Source of the DNA: Eledone cirrhosa
Taxonomy: Eukaryota
NCBI GenBank assembly: GCA_964016885.1
Contig: OZ024742.1
Coordinates: forward strand, 11,904,001 to 11,968,000
Direction: 5' to 3'
DNA: 64,000 bases
This document shows, one piece after another, positions 50,325 through 62,400 of the stretch. Within the stretch, counting starts at the first letter, position 1; the number at the start of each line of letters is the position of its first letter. The position numbers were made by a program, and so were the translations under genes. The notes under the pieces were generated by a model. The model did not search any database. It worked only from the letters and a program-made list of their open reading frames with translations, and was not told the origin of the DNA.

Positions 50325-51400
50325 TTAACATCAATGGTGATGTGGATAAGCTATACTTCTCACGCAAGGAAGGTGGTCGGGGTTTAAAATCCATATTAAC
50401 ATCATATGAGACCCGGATAGTAACACTGAAGCAACACCTTCAACAGAGGAAAAAGGTTGGCAACCATCTTGCCCAGGTTTATGAGCATGAAAAAAAAATA
50501 TCATTAGAATAGCCACTGATCTGGAGGAGAGATATGGAATAAAGCCTGATATAAATCTCTCACCCAGAGAAATCGGAAGATCCTATTCAATGTTCAAACA
50601 AGATGAAAAAATTGACCAATTTACAGAAAAAGTTGTGCATGGATACTTGAGACGTAAAACACAGACCATAGAGGGGATAAACCACTCAAAAAGCTTGGCA
50701 TGGAGTTCCGACAAGTTTATGACATCACATCTTGAGGGATATCTCTATGACATCAGGAACAAGAACTCCCTACGAAATATCTGCTGCACAAAAGAGGAGG
50801 GCCAGCAGCTGACAATAAATGTAGGCTATGTAAAACAAAGATCGAGGATGTAAACCACATTGTTGCCAGCTGCGAAAGAATGTAATCTCGCTACTACCTC
50901 CCCATGAGACACGATGGGATAGCTAGATCCATCTGGAACGCACTTCGGAAAACAAAATTAACAACAAACAAGGAAGAATATATTGAGACAGATGGCACTA
51001 AGAAATACTGGTGGAACCTGAAAATAGAAACTGCCACCAAATTAAAGCACAACCGGCCTGATATTGTTGTTTGGGACCACACATTGAAAACGTGTTCTGT
51101 TGTGGAGATTAGCTGCCCACTTGATGTAAACGTTGTCAGAAAAATACAGGAGAAGGAGGACATCTACGGACAATTGATGAGGAGTTTACAAATTCAGTAT
51201 CCAAGATACACCTTTAGCTTCATACCCATCATTATTGGAGTTACGGGTTATATACCAACCCGTTTGGATCAAAGTATGACTGAACTTGGATTTGCGGACA
51301 AAGAGCGCAGCTCCCTAATTCATAGTATACACATGGCTGCGATAGCTGGCACCTTCAAAATTTGCAAAACATTCTTGCGATTCAATGGATTGACAATTTC
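50325..51400 (+). mobile_element. R4/Dong-like (restriction-like endonuclease) non-LTR retrotransposon 3' fragment
   Basis: CRLCK..EDVNHIVASC zinc knuckle, RHD, HNRPDIVVWD..VVEISCP..EK (PD-D/ExK), IPIIIGVTG. Frameshifts upstream. Confidence 0.85.
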
Positions 51401-51526
51401 TTTTCTTTTACAACCTTGCCACCGGGAAGGTGGCCGGTCAAAAAAATATACTCGAAATTAAGATAAATAGATAACATACACACACATATACATATATACA
51501 TGTATATATATTTATATATATATATT

Positions 51527-53168
51527 TATTAAAATAACAGATTAAAGTTTAAGCAAAGAATCGCTGCTTTCACCCTTAACGGGATCTTCTGAAACTAACA
51601 AAGTCAATCTGTAAACGCAGAAGTGGATATTTCATAAAACGTTGCAACCGGAGGAAGACAGGAAGACGATACTTTGGTTCGTTAGCTCCCACATCAAGAC
51701 GTAAAATATCCACGTATAAATCGTACTATCCGTTAGGGTATAACGTGGGGCTGTAATACAGGAAAGTTTTGTGCAATTTATGTTTACAAGCCGAAATTGC
51801 CTCAGATTTTTTGTTTATGATGTGGTGTGTGGCGTAGAGTATTTCAAGGGCCTCAGCGGCGCAGAGATCACATGGTCTTTTATTTCCGTTATAAGATCTA
51901 GCCCAAGCTAGGATCTCCCAGTGTAACTTATATTGGGTGTGGTTGTCTTTTAGACTCCAGATATAAGCTGAAAATGACGTCATATTCCTTCTTAGAGGGT
52001 AACGAAAAGAATGGGTATGCATGTAAAGACGCTGCTTGAATCTATTGGCGGTTAACCCTATGTAGGCCCTACGGGACGTGGGTGTTACAACCTTACATTT
52101 GTAGACAATGTTACTAGAGTGGCATTTCCCGGATAGGGGGCAATCAACCCGATTCCTACAATTACAGTTAGTACTAACTACAGGGATGCACGTGTTCCTA
52201 CGGCTAGGTAGTTTAGCTAAATTTGAAGCTGTGATGTTATGTGCAAGGTTAGGAGTCGTAGAGTAAGAAATTTTAATAGTATTTCTATTAAAAATGTTAC
52301 TATACTTATGTGTAGGGGGAAAATGCTTCGTAATGGTGTGGCCACCTCCATATTATATGGTGGGTTATACCAACAAATGCGACGGGATCTATTTCTTCTA
52401 GGTCTATTTTCGTACTCTGTATATGCTACCTTATCGACAAATCCACTCCGAGCAAGAGCTTCATTGTAATATGTGGAATGGTCGTTGAAAATATGCTCGT
52501 TAGTAGACAGACGGGAAAGCCTCAAAGAAACGTTTCTTACCAGGTTCTTGGTTATGCTGGCAGGATGGTTAGAATGCTTACTTATGTAATTAAGCGTATT
52601 ATTCGGCTTTCTATACGGGTAATGCAAGCCATTCGATAAATTGATGGTAACGTCGAAGTAATTAACGACCGAGAGGTTGGCCTCAACCTGTACGGAGTGG
52701 TTGAAGCCTTTAAAGAAGGCTGTGAGTTCTTTTCTGAACATGTCGCAAGCACGTGGGCCGCACTTAGTCATGGTCAAAAGACCATCATCTCGGTATAAAC
52801 CACCGCCCACGTTGTGGAATTCTGCCTTGAAAGAGAAAAGAAGGAAAACCCGATAAGATCAGTAACGTCCGCAGAATCGCTGGCGCCCATACTCACGTCG
52901 AATGGGGTACTATTAGATTTTTTAATCGAAATAGAGTCGTCGAAATTAATCACCGACCTACGGGCATTGAGGATGACATCAACTTCGAAATCCTTAAGCA
53001 CTGTGAGTGTTTTAGCGAAATTGATAGCTCTAAGGAGAAGTGGTAAAGTGTTGGAGGATTAGTAATTATTGATGTCGAATTGGGTAAAACAGCAATGTTC
53101 CTTGTTGCATATGCCGTTGATCCAATCAATCACCGCGAAAGAATTGTTCCACAGTGCAAGAGGGGCCA
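51527..53168 (-). mobile_element. Degraded Naiad-like Penelope-like element (RT plus GIY-YIG)
   Basis: FDVSMGASDSADV, GLYRDDGL, WYNPPY, CNCRNRVDCPLSGKC..IVYKC..YIGLTANRFKQRL..CDLCAAE. Frameshifts. (TA)n at both ends. Confidence 0.82.
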
Positions 53169-53272
53169 ATTTATATATATTTATATATATATATATATAT
53201 ATTACATATTGCAATGACAGTTGGCTTTCCTGATTATTTCTTCCAAATAAAATAGTTCGAGTCTTGTAGAAG

Positions 53273-53420
<148 letters not shown>

Positions 53421-53511
53421 GACGGCTGAGCTCCGGCCGTTTCGACAGCTAGATTCGAACTAACCCAACAGTATTAGGACGGCGGCAATCTAGCTGAACT
53501 TATCAAGGGGT
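53421..53511 (-). ncRNA. Hammerhead motif with U3-A8 core and long stem II, ending at the cleavage triplet (family B)
   Basis: ACCCC-UUGAUAA-GUU-CAGCUAGAUU..AAUCUAGCUG-UC-GAAA-CGGC-CGGAGCUCA-GCC-GUC. The missing GGGGU strand of stem I is present in the relative at ~23980. Confidence 0.7.
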
Positions 53512-53940
53512 ACAGTCCATATATGGGCATGCAGTCAAAACAAATGACCAGAAATATGAAATCAAACAATCCTCAAATGTTGTTTTTCTTGTTTGTCACG
53601 GGGAGTGGTCAATGATTTTGGGATGTCATATACATGGTTAAATCCCTTCATAGCGACGGGGGGGGGGGGGGGGGTGAACTGGTCTGTAGAATAAAAGGGA
53701 GGGAGTAAGATGACCTTTGGATGCCAAGCCGGTCACGCCTTCAGAGAGAAATCTTTGCAACTATCTTTAAAAGGTGTAAGAAAGTAATTTCAGTATGTGA
53801 GAATCAAGGAAGATTGTAAAAGTCTAAATAAATATGCCAGGTCTATACGTTCTGAGTTCAAATCTGGCCGAGGTTAGCTTTGCTTCTCATCCTAATGGTG
53901 GTGGTGGTGGTTGTGATGGTGGTGGTGGTGATGATGGTGA

Positions 53941-54005
<65 letters not shown>

Positions 54006-54364
54006 ATAGTAGTTCAATCAGGTTAAAACAATTTTAAACATGTCAGAATATTGTCACTGGGTGTTTACCTTGCTATTAGTCACTTGCAGTCAGTCATGTG
54101 CAGACTATTGTACAGTACTGACACTCTTTAAAAAACCTCTTTTTGGAACAATGGAAAATAGTTATTTTGAGATAAGATCGAATATCAAGTCTCTGGTGAA
54201 ACTCAAATGGAAAGGGACACAGATTATGGAGGGTTTAGTTAAAATGTATGGTACTACTGCTCCATAGAAAACTGCTATCTACAAGTGGATTCATCGATTC
54301 AAACAAGGGAGAGACGACCATCGCAGTGGAAGACCAGGAACATCAAAAAAAGGACCAAAACGTC

Positions 54365-54551
54365 GGTGGATTGGCAGTATCGGAAGAGGGTCGGACGCCA
54401 TGCTTTGACGCAAAGAGTTACGGCCCTTGCCATTCTGAGTTCAAATCCCGCCGAGGTTAACTTTGCCTTTCATCCTTACGGGGTCGATAAAATAAAGTAC
54501 CAGTAATAGACTGGGTATTTGCTGGCCTTGTGCCAAATGTAGAAACAATTA
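54365..54551 (+). mobile_element. SINE A copy
   Basis: Near-consensus full copy. Confidence 0.9.
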
Positions 54552-55034
54552 TATATTTCTGTTACATTGTGTCTCGTTCTTCAAACGGTAAATTAACTGC
54601 AATAAAATATTTGCCAACCAAAATAGACCACCATGATAGTATATATATATTGTGTGGTTCTTACACTACAATGCCAATAGTTTGTTAACAGAAACATCCA
54701 CGTGTATAAACACAACTTAGATTATTTTCTTCTCAACAGGAATCGTTTAGTCACTAAGAAAAATTGCTCAAATGATTTTAGATAGAAAAGAAATATAAAA
54801 AGGGAAATTGATGATAAACTAACGAAAAAAAAATATTAGATTTTTACATAAAGGAAAATCAATATTGGTTATCGATATTGAAATTATTATTATTATTACT
54901 ATTATTGTTATTGCTGTTGTTGATGTTTTTGTTGTTGTTATTATTTATATTTATTATCACCAACATTACAATCACCACATTCATCATTAAAACAGTAGTT
55001 GTTACCGTCGTGGTCGCACTTTTGTATTGTAGAC

Positions 55035-56332
55035 TTGTTATTGTTGTTGTTGCTGTTGTTGTGGTTGTTATTCTTGTGGTTGTTATTGTTGTGGTTGTTA
55101 TTCTTGTGGTTGCTGTTGTTGTTTATACTGTTGTTATTGTTGCTGCTCTTGTGGTTGCTGTTGTTGTGGTTGTTATTGTTGTGGTTGCTGTTGTTGTGGT
55201 TGCTGTTGTTGTTGTTGCTGTTGTTGTGGTTGTTATTGTTGTGGTTGTTATTGTTGAGGTTGCTGTTGTTGTTGTTACTGTTGTTGTGGTTGTTGTTATT
55301 GTGGTTGTTATTCTTGTGGTTGCTGTTGTTGTGGTTGTTATTGTTGTGGTTGCTGTTGTGGTTGCTGTTGTTGTGGTTGTTATTCTTGTGGTTGTTATTG
55401 TTGTGGTTGTTATTCTTGTGGTTGCTGTTGTTGTTTATACTGTTGTTATTGTTGCTGCTCTTGTGGTTGCTGTTGTTGTGGTTGTTATTGTTGTGGTTGC
55501 TGTTGTTGTGGTTGTTATTGTTGTGGTTGTTATTCTTGTGGTTGCTGTTGTTGTTTATACTGTTGTTATTGTTGCTGCTCTTGTGGTTGCTGTTGTTGTG
55601 GTTGTTATTGTTGTGGTTGTTATTGTTGAGGTTACTGTTGTTGTTGTTACTGTTGTTGTGGTTGTTGTTATTGTGGTTGTTATTCTTGTGGTTGCTTATT
55701 GTTGTGGTTGCTGTTGTGGTTGCTGTTGTTGTGGTTGTTATTCTTGTGGTTGATGTTGTTGTGGTTGCTGTTGTTGTGGTTGTTATTGTTGTGGTTGCTG
55801 TTGTTGTGGTTGCTGTTGTTGTGGTTGTTATTCTTGTGGTTGCTGTTGTTGTGGTTGCTGTTGTTGTGGTTGTTATTGTTGTGGTTGCTGTTGTGGTTGC
55901 TGTTGTTGTGGTTGTTATTCTTGTGGTTGCTGTTGTTGTGGTTGCTGTTGTTGTGGTTGTTATTGTTGTGGTTGCTGTTGTTGTGGTTGCTGTTGTTGTG
56001 GTTGTTATTGTTGTGGTTGCTGTTGTTGTGGTTGCTGTTGTTGTGGTTGTTATTGTTGTGGTTGCTGTTGTTGTGGTTGTTATTGTTGTGGTTGCTGTTG
56101 TTGTGGTTGCTGTTGTTGTGGTTGTTATTGTTGTGGTTGCTGTTGTTGTGGTTGTTATTGTTGTGGTTGCTGTTGTTGTTGTTACTGTTGTTGTGGTTGC
56201 TGTTGTTGTGGTTGTTATTCTTGTGGTTGCTGTTGTTGTGGTTGCTGTTGTTGTGGTTGTTATTGTTGTGGTTGCCGTTGTTGTTGTTACTGTTGTTGTG
56301 GTTGCTGTTGTTGTTGTTACTGTTGTCGTTAT
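55035..56332. repeat. (GTT)n-derived 15-bp minisatellite (GTGGTTGCTGTTGTT / GTGGTTGTTATTGTT)
   Basis: Seen directly; TTTATAC and GCTCTT markers recur. Confidence 0.95.
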
Positions 56333-56476
56333 TGGTTTTATGTTTGACCTTTTATTTGAGTGTTTCACGTTGATGTCTTTATCACGAGACTTTCTTTTTC
56401 AGCCAACAGTAAAAAGCGACAAAATAATAACGATGACGATAATGATGATGTAGGTGATGATGATAATTGTTGAGAA

Positions 56477-59400
56477 TGGTAGTGGTGGTAGTGGTGTTGG
56501 TGGTAGTGGTGTTGGTGGTAGTGGTGTTGGTGGTAGTGGTGTTGGTGGTAGTGGTGTTGGTGGTATTAGTGATAGTGGTGTTGGTGGTAGTGGTGTTAGT
56601 GGTAGTGGTGTTGGTGGTAGTGGTGTTGGTGGTAGTGGTGTTGGTGGTAGTGGTGTTGGTGGTATTAGTGATAGTGGTGTTGGTGGTAGTGGTGTTAGTG
56701 GTAGTGGTGTTGGGGGTAGTGGTGTTGGTGGTAGTGGTGTTGGTGGTAGTGGTGTTGGTGGTATTAGTGATAGTGGTGTTGGTGCTAGTGGTGTTAGTGG
56801 TAGTGGTGTTGGTGGTAGTGGTGTTGGTGGTAGTGGTGTTGGTGGTATTAGTGATAGTGGTGTTGGTGGTAGTGGTGTTAGTGGTAGTGGTGTTGGTGGT
56901 AGTGGTGTTGGTGGTAGTGGTGTTGGTGGTAGTGGTGTTGGTGGTATTAGTGATAGTGGTGTTGGTGGTAGTGGTGTTAGTGGTAGTGGTGTTGGTGGTA
57001 GTGGTGTTGGTGGTAGTGGTGTTGGTGGTATTAGTGATAGTGGTGTTGGTGGTAGTGGTGTTAGTGGTAGTGGTGTTGGTGGTAGTGGTGTTGGTGGTAG
57101 TGGTGTTGGTGGTATTAGTGATAGTGGTGTTGGTGGTAGTGGTGTTGGTGGTAGTGGTGTTGGTGGTAGTGGTGTTGGTGGTAGTGGTGTTGGTGGTATT
57201 AGTGATAGTGGTGTTGGTGGTAGTGGTGTTAGTGGTAGTGGTGTTGGTGGTAGTGGTGTTGGTGGTAGTGGTGTTGGTGGTATTAGTGATAGTGGTGTTG
57301 GTGGTAGTGGTGTTAGTGGTAGTGGTGTTGGTGGTAGTGGTGTTGGTGGTAGTGGTGTTGGTGGTAGTGGTGTTGGTGGTAGTGGTGTTGGTGGTATTAG
57401 TGATAGTGGTGTTGGTGGTAGTGGTGTTAGTGGTAGTGGTGTTGGTGGTAGTGGTGTTGGTGGTAGTGGTGTTGGTGGTATTAGTGATAGTGGTGTTGGT
57501 GGTAGTGGTGTTAGTGGTAGTGGTGTTGGTGGTAGTGGTGTTGGTGGTAGTGGTGTTGGTGGTAGTGGTGTTGGTGGTAGTGCTGTTGGTGGTAGTGGTG
57601 GTAGTGGTGTTGGTGGTAGTGGTGATGGTGGTAGTGGTGTTGCTGGTAGTGGTGTTGGTGGTAGTGGTGGTAGCGCTATTAGTGATAGTGGTGTTGGTGG
57701 TAGTGGTGTTAGTGGTAGTGGTGTTGGTGGTAGCGGTGTTGGTGGTAGTGGTGTTGGTGGTAGTGGTGTTGGTGGTAGTGGTGTTGGTGGTAGTGGTGTT
57801 GGTGATAGTGGTGTTGGTGGTAGTTGTGTTGGTGGTAGTGGTGTTGGTGGTAGTGGTGGTAGTGGTAGTGGTGGTAGTGGTGTTGGTGGTAGTGGTGTTG
57901 GTGGTAGTGGTGTTGGTGGTAGTGGTGTTGGTGGTATTAGTGATAGTGGTGTTGGTGGTAGTGGTGTTAGTGGTAGTGGTGTTGGTGGTAGTAGTGTTGG
58001 TGGTAGTGGTGTTGGTGGTAGTGGTGTTGGTGGTAGTGGTGTTGGTGGTAGTGGTGGTAGTGGTGTTGGTGGTAGTGGTGATGGTGGTAGTGGTGTTGGT
58101 GGTAGTGGTGTTGGTGGATGTGGTGGTAGGGCTATTAGTGATAGTGGTGTTGGTGGTAGTGGTGTTAGTGGTAGTGGTGTTGGTGGTAGCGGTGTTGGTG
58201 GTAGTGGTGTTGGTGGTAGTGGTGTTGGTGGTAGTGGTGTTGGTGGTAGTGGTGTTGGTGATAGTGGTGTTGGTGGTAGTTGTGTTGGTGGTAGTGGTGT
58301 TGGTGGTAGTGGTGGTAGTGGTAGTGGTGGTAGTGGTGTTGGTGGTAGTGGTCATGGTGGTAGTGGTGTTGGTGGTAGTGGTGTTGGTGGTAGTGGTGTT
58401 GGTGGTAGTGGTAGTGGTGGTAGTGGTGTTGGTGGTAGTGGTGATGGTGGTAGTGGTGTTGGTGGTAGTGGTGATGGTGGTAGTGATGATGGTGGTAGTG
58501 GTGGTAGTGGTGTTGGTGGTAGTGGTGTTGGTGGTAGTGGTGTTGGTGGTAGTGGTGGTAGTGGTAGTGGAGTTGGGGTAGTGGTGTTGGTGGTAGTGGT
58601 GGTAGTGGTAGTGATGGTAGAGGTGTTGGTGGTAGTGTTGTTGGTGGTAGTGGTGTTGGTGGTAGTGTTATTGGTGGTAGTGGTAGTGCTGGTAGTGGTG
58701 TTGGTGGTAGTGGTGTTGATGGTAGTGGTGATGGTGGTAGTGGTGTTGGTGGTAGTGGTGTTGGTAGTAGTGTTATTGGTGGTAGTGGTAGTGCTGGTAG
58801 TGGTGTTGGTGGTAGTGGTGATGGTGGTAGTGATGATGGTGGTAGTGGTAGTGGCGGTAGTGGTGTTGGTGGTAGTGGTGTTGGTGGTAGTGGTGTTGGT
58901 GGTAGTGGTGGTAGTGGTGTTGTGGTAGTGGTGTTCGTGGTAGTGGTGTAGGTGGTAGTGGTGATGGTGGTAGTGGTGTTGGTGATAGTGGTGATAGTGG
59001 TAGTGGTGTTGGAGGTAGTGGTGATGGTGGTAGTGGTGATGGTGGTAGTGGTATTGGTGGTAGTGGTGATGGTGGTAGTGGTATTGGTGGTAGTGGTAGT
59101 GGTGGTAGTGGTGTTGGTGGTAGTGGTGTTGGTGGTAGTGGTGATGGTGGTAGTGGTGTTGGTGATAGTGGTGATAGTGGTAGTGGTGTTGGAGGTAGTG
59201 GTGATGGTGGTAGTGGTGATGGTGGTAGTGGTGTTGGTGGTAGTGGTGTTGGTGGTAGTGGTATTGGTGGTAGTGGTAGTGGTGGTAGTGGTGTTGGTGA
59301 TAGTGGTGATGGTGGTAGTGGTGTTGGTGGTAGTGGTGTTGGTGGTAGTGGTGGTAGTGGTATTAGTGATAGTGGTGTTGGTGGTAGTGGTGGTAGTGGT

Positions 59401-62400
59401 AGTGGTGGTAGTGGTGTTGGTGGTAGTGGTGTTGGTGGTAGTGGTGTTGGTGATAGTGGTGTTGGTGGTAGTTGTGTTGGTGGTAGTGGTGTTGGTGGTA
59501 GTGGTGGTAGTGGTAGTGGTGGTAGTAGTGTTGGTGGTAGTGGTTATGGTGGTAGTGGTGTTGGTGGTAGTGGTGTTGGTGGTAGTGGTGGTAGTGGTAT
59601 TAGTGGTAGTGGTGTTGGTGGTGTTGGTGGTAGTGGTGATGGTGGTAGTGGTGTTGGTGGTAGTGTTATTGGTGGTAGTGGTAGTGCTAGTAGTGGTGTT
59701 GGTGGTAGTGGTGATGGTGGTAGTGATGATGGTGGTAGTGGTAGTGGTGGTAGTGGTGTTGGTGGTAGTGGTGTTGGTGGTAGTGGTGGTAGTGGTAGTG
59801 GTGTTGTGGTAGTGGTGTTGGTGGTAGTGGTGGTAGTGGTAGTGATGGTAGTGGTGTTGGTGGTAGTGGTGATGGTGGTAGTGGTGTTGGTGGTAGTGGT
59901 GTTGGTGGTAGTGTTATTGGTGGTAGTGGTAGTGCTGGTAGTGGTGTTGGTGGTAGTGGTGATGGTGGTAGTGATGATGGTGGTAGTGGTAGTGGTGGTA
60001 GTGGTGTTGGTGGTAGTGGTGTTGGTGGTAGTGGTGTTGGTGGTAGTGGTGGTAGTGGTGTTGTGGTAGTGGTGTTCGTGGTAGTGGTGTAGGTGGTAGT
60101 GGTGATGGTGGTAGTGGTGTTGGTGATAATGGTGATAGTGGTAGTGGTGTTGGAGGTAGTGGTGATGGTGGTAGTGGTGATGGTGGTAGTGGTATTGGTG
60201 GTAGTGGTAGTGGTGGTAGTGGTGTTGGTGGTAGTGGTGTTGGTGGTAGTGGTGATGGTGGTAGTGGTGTTGTTGATAGTGGTGATAGTGGTAGTGGTGT
60301 TGGAGGTAGTGGTGATGGTGGTAGTGGTGATGGTGGTAGTGGTGTTGGTGGTAGTGGTGTTGGTGGTAGTGGTATTGGTGGTAGTGGTAGTGGTGGTAGT
60401 GGTGTTGGTGGTAGTGGTGTTGGTGGTAGTGGTGATGGTGGTAGTGGTGTTGGTGATAGTGGTGATAGTGGTAGTGGTGTTGGAGGTAGTGGTGATGGTG
60501 GTAGTGGTGATGGTGGTAGTGGTGTTGGTGGTAGTGGTGGTGGTGGTAGTGGTGGTAGTGGTATTAGTGATAGTGGTGTTGGTGGTAGTGGTGGTAGTGG
60601 TAGTGGTGGTAGTGGTGTAGGTGGTAGTGGTGTTGGTGGTAGTGGTGTTGGTGGTAGTGGTGTTGGTGATAGTGGTGTTGGTGGTAGTTGTGTTGGTGGT
60701 AGTGGTGTTGGTGGTAGTGGTGGTAGTGGTAGTGGTGGTAGTAGTGTTGGTGGTAGTGGTCATGGTGGTAGTGATGTTGGTGGTAGTGGTGTTGGTGGTA
60801 GTGGTGTTGGTGGTAGTGGTAGTGGTGGTAGTGGTGTTGGTGGTAGTGGTGATGGTGGTAGTGGTGATGGTGGTAGTGGTGTTGGTGGTAGTGGTGATGG
60901 TGGTAGTGATGATGGTGGTAGTGGTAGTGGTGGTAGTGGTGTTGGTGGTAGTGGTAGTGCTGGTAGTGGTGTTGGTGGTAGTGGTGGTAGTGGTGTTGTG
61001 GTAGTGGTGTTCGTGGTAGTGGTGTAGGTGGTAGTGGTGATCGTGGTAGTGGTGTTGGTGATAGTGGTGATAGTGGTAGTGGTGTTGGAGGTAGTGGTGA
61101 TGGTGGTAGTGGTGATGGTGGTAGTGGTATTGGTGGAAGTGGTAGTGGTGGTAGTGGTAGTGGTGTTGGTGGTAGTGGTGATGGTGGTAGTGGTGTTGGT
61201 GATAGTGGTGATGGTGGTAGTGGTGTTGGTGATAGTGGTGATAGTGGTAGTGGTGTTGGAGGTAGTGGTGATGGTGGTAGTGGTGATGGTGGTAGTGGTG
61301 TTGGTGGTAGTGGTGGTGGTGGTAGTGGTATTGGTGGTAGTGGTAGTGGTGGTAGTGGTGTTGGTGATAGTGGTGATGGTGGTAGTGGTGTTGGTGGTAG
61401 TGGTGTTGGTGGTAGTGGTGGTAGTGGTATTAGTGATAGTGGTGTTGGTGGTAGTGGTGGTAGTGGTAGTGGTGGTAGTGGTGTTGGTGGTAGTGGTGTT
61501 GGTGGTAGTGGTGTTGGTGGTAGTGGTGTTGGTGGTAGTGGTGTTGGTGGTAGTGGTGGTAGTGGTATTAGTGATAGTGGTGTTGGTGGTAGTGGTGTTG
61601 GTGGTAGTGGTAGAGGTGGTAGTGGTGTTGGTGGTAGTGGTGTTGGTGATAGTGTTGTTAGTGGTAGTGGTGTTGATGGTAGTGGTGTTGGTGGTAATAG
61701 TGTTGGTGGTAGTGGTGTTGGTGGTAGTGGTGTTGGTGGTAGTGGTGGTAGTGGTATTAGTGGTAGTGGTGTTAGTGGTAGTGGTGTTGGTGGTAGTGGT
61801 ATTGGTGGTAGTGGTGTTGGTGGTAGTGGTGATGGTTGTAGTGGTGATGGTGGTAGTGGTGATAGTGGTAATGGTGATGGTGTTAGTGGTGTTGGTGGTA
61901 GTGGTGTTAGTGATAGTGGTGTTGGTGGTAGTGGTAGTGGTGGTAGTGGTGTTGTTGGTAGTGGTGATGGTGGTAGTGGTGATGGTGGTAGTGGTGATAG
62001 TGGTAATGGTGGTAGTGGTGATGGTGGTAGTGGTGTTGGTGGTAGTGGTGTTGGTGGATGTGGTATTGGTGGTAGTGGTGGTAGTGGTATTACTGATAGT
62101 GGTGTTGGTGGTAGTGGTGTTGGTGGTAGTGGTGTTGGTGGTAGTGGTGGTAGTGGTAGTGGTGTTGGTGGTAGTGGTGTTGGTGGTAGTGGTAGTGGTG
62201 GTAGTGGTGTTGGTGGTAGTGGTGATGGTGGTAGTGGTGTTGGTGGTAGTGGTGTTGGTGGTAGTGGTGTTGGTGGTAGTGGTGTTGGTGATAGTAGTGG
62301 TGTTGGGGGAAGTGGTATTGGTGGTAGTGGTGATGGTGATAGTGGTGTTGGTGATAGTGGTGAAGGTGGTGGTGGTGTTGGTGATAGTGGTGTTGCGGGT

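Noticed and set aside
51558-51595. Hammerhead-like motif at the Naiad-like 3' end (CAGAAGA-UCCC..GGGU-GAAA, minus; also ~1800-1830)
   Set aside because: U4 is replaced by A and I could not assign an NUH triplet with stem I in either copy; at most a vestige.
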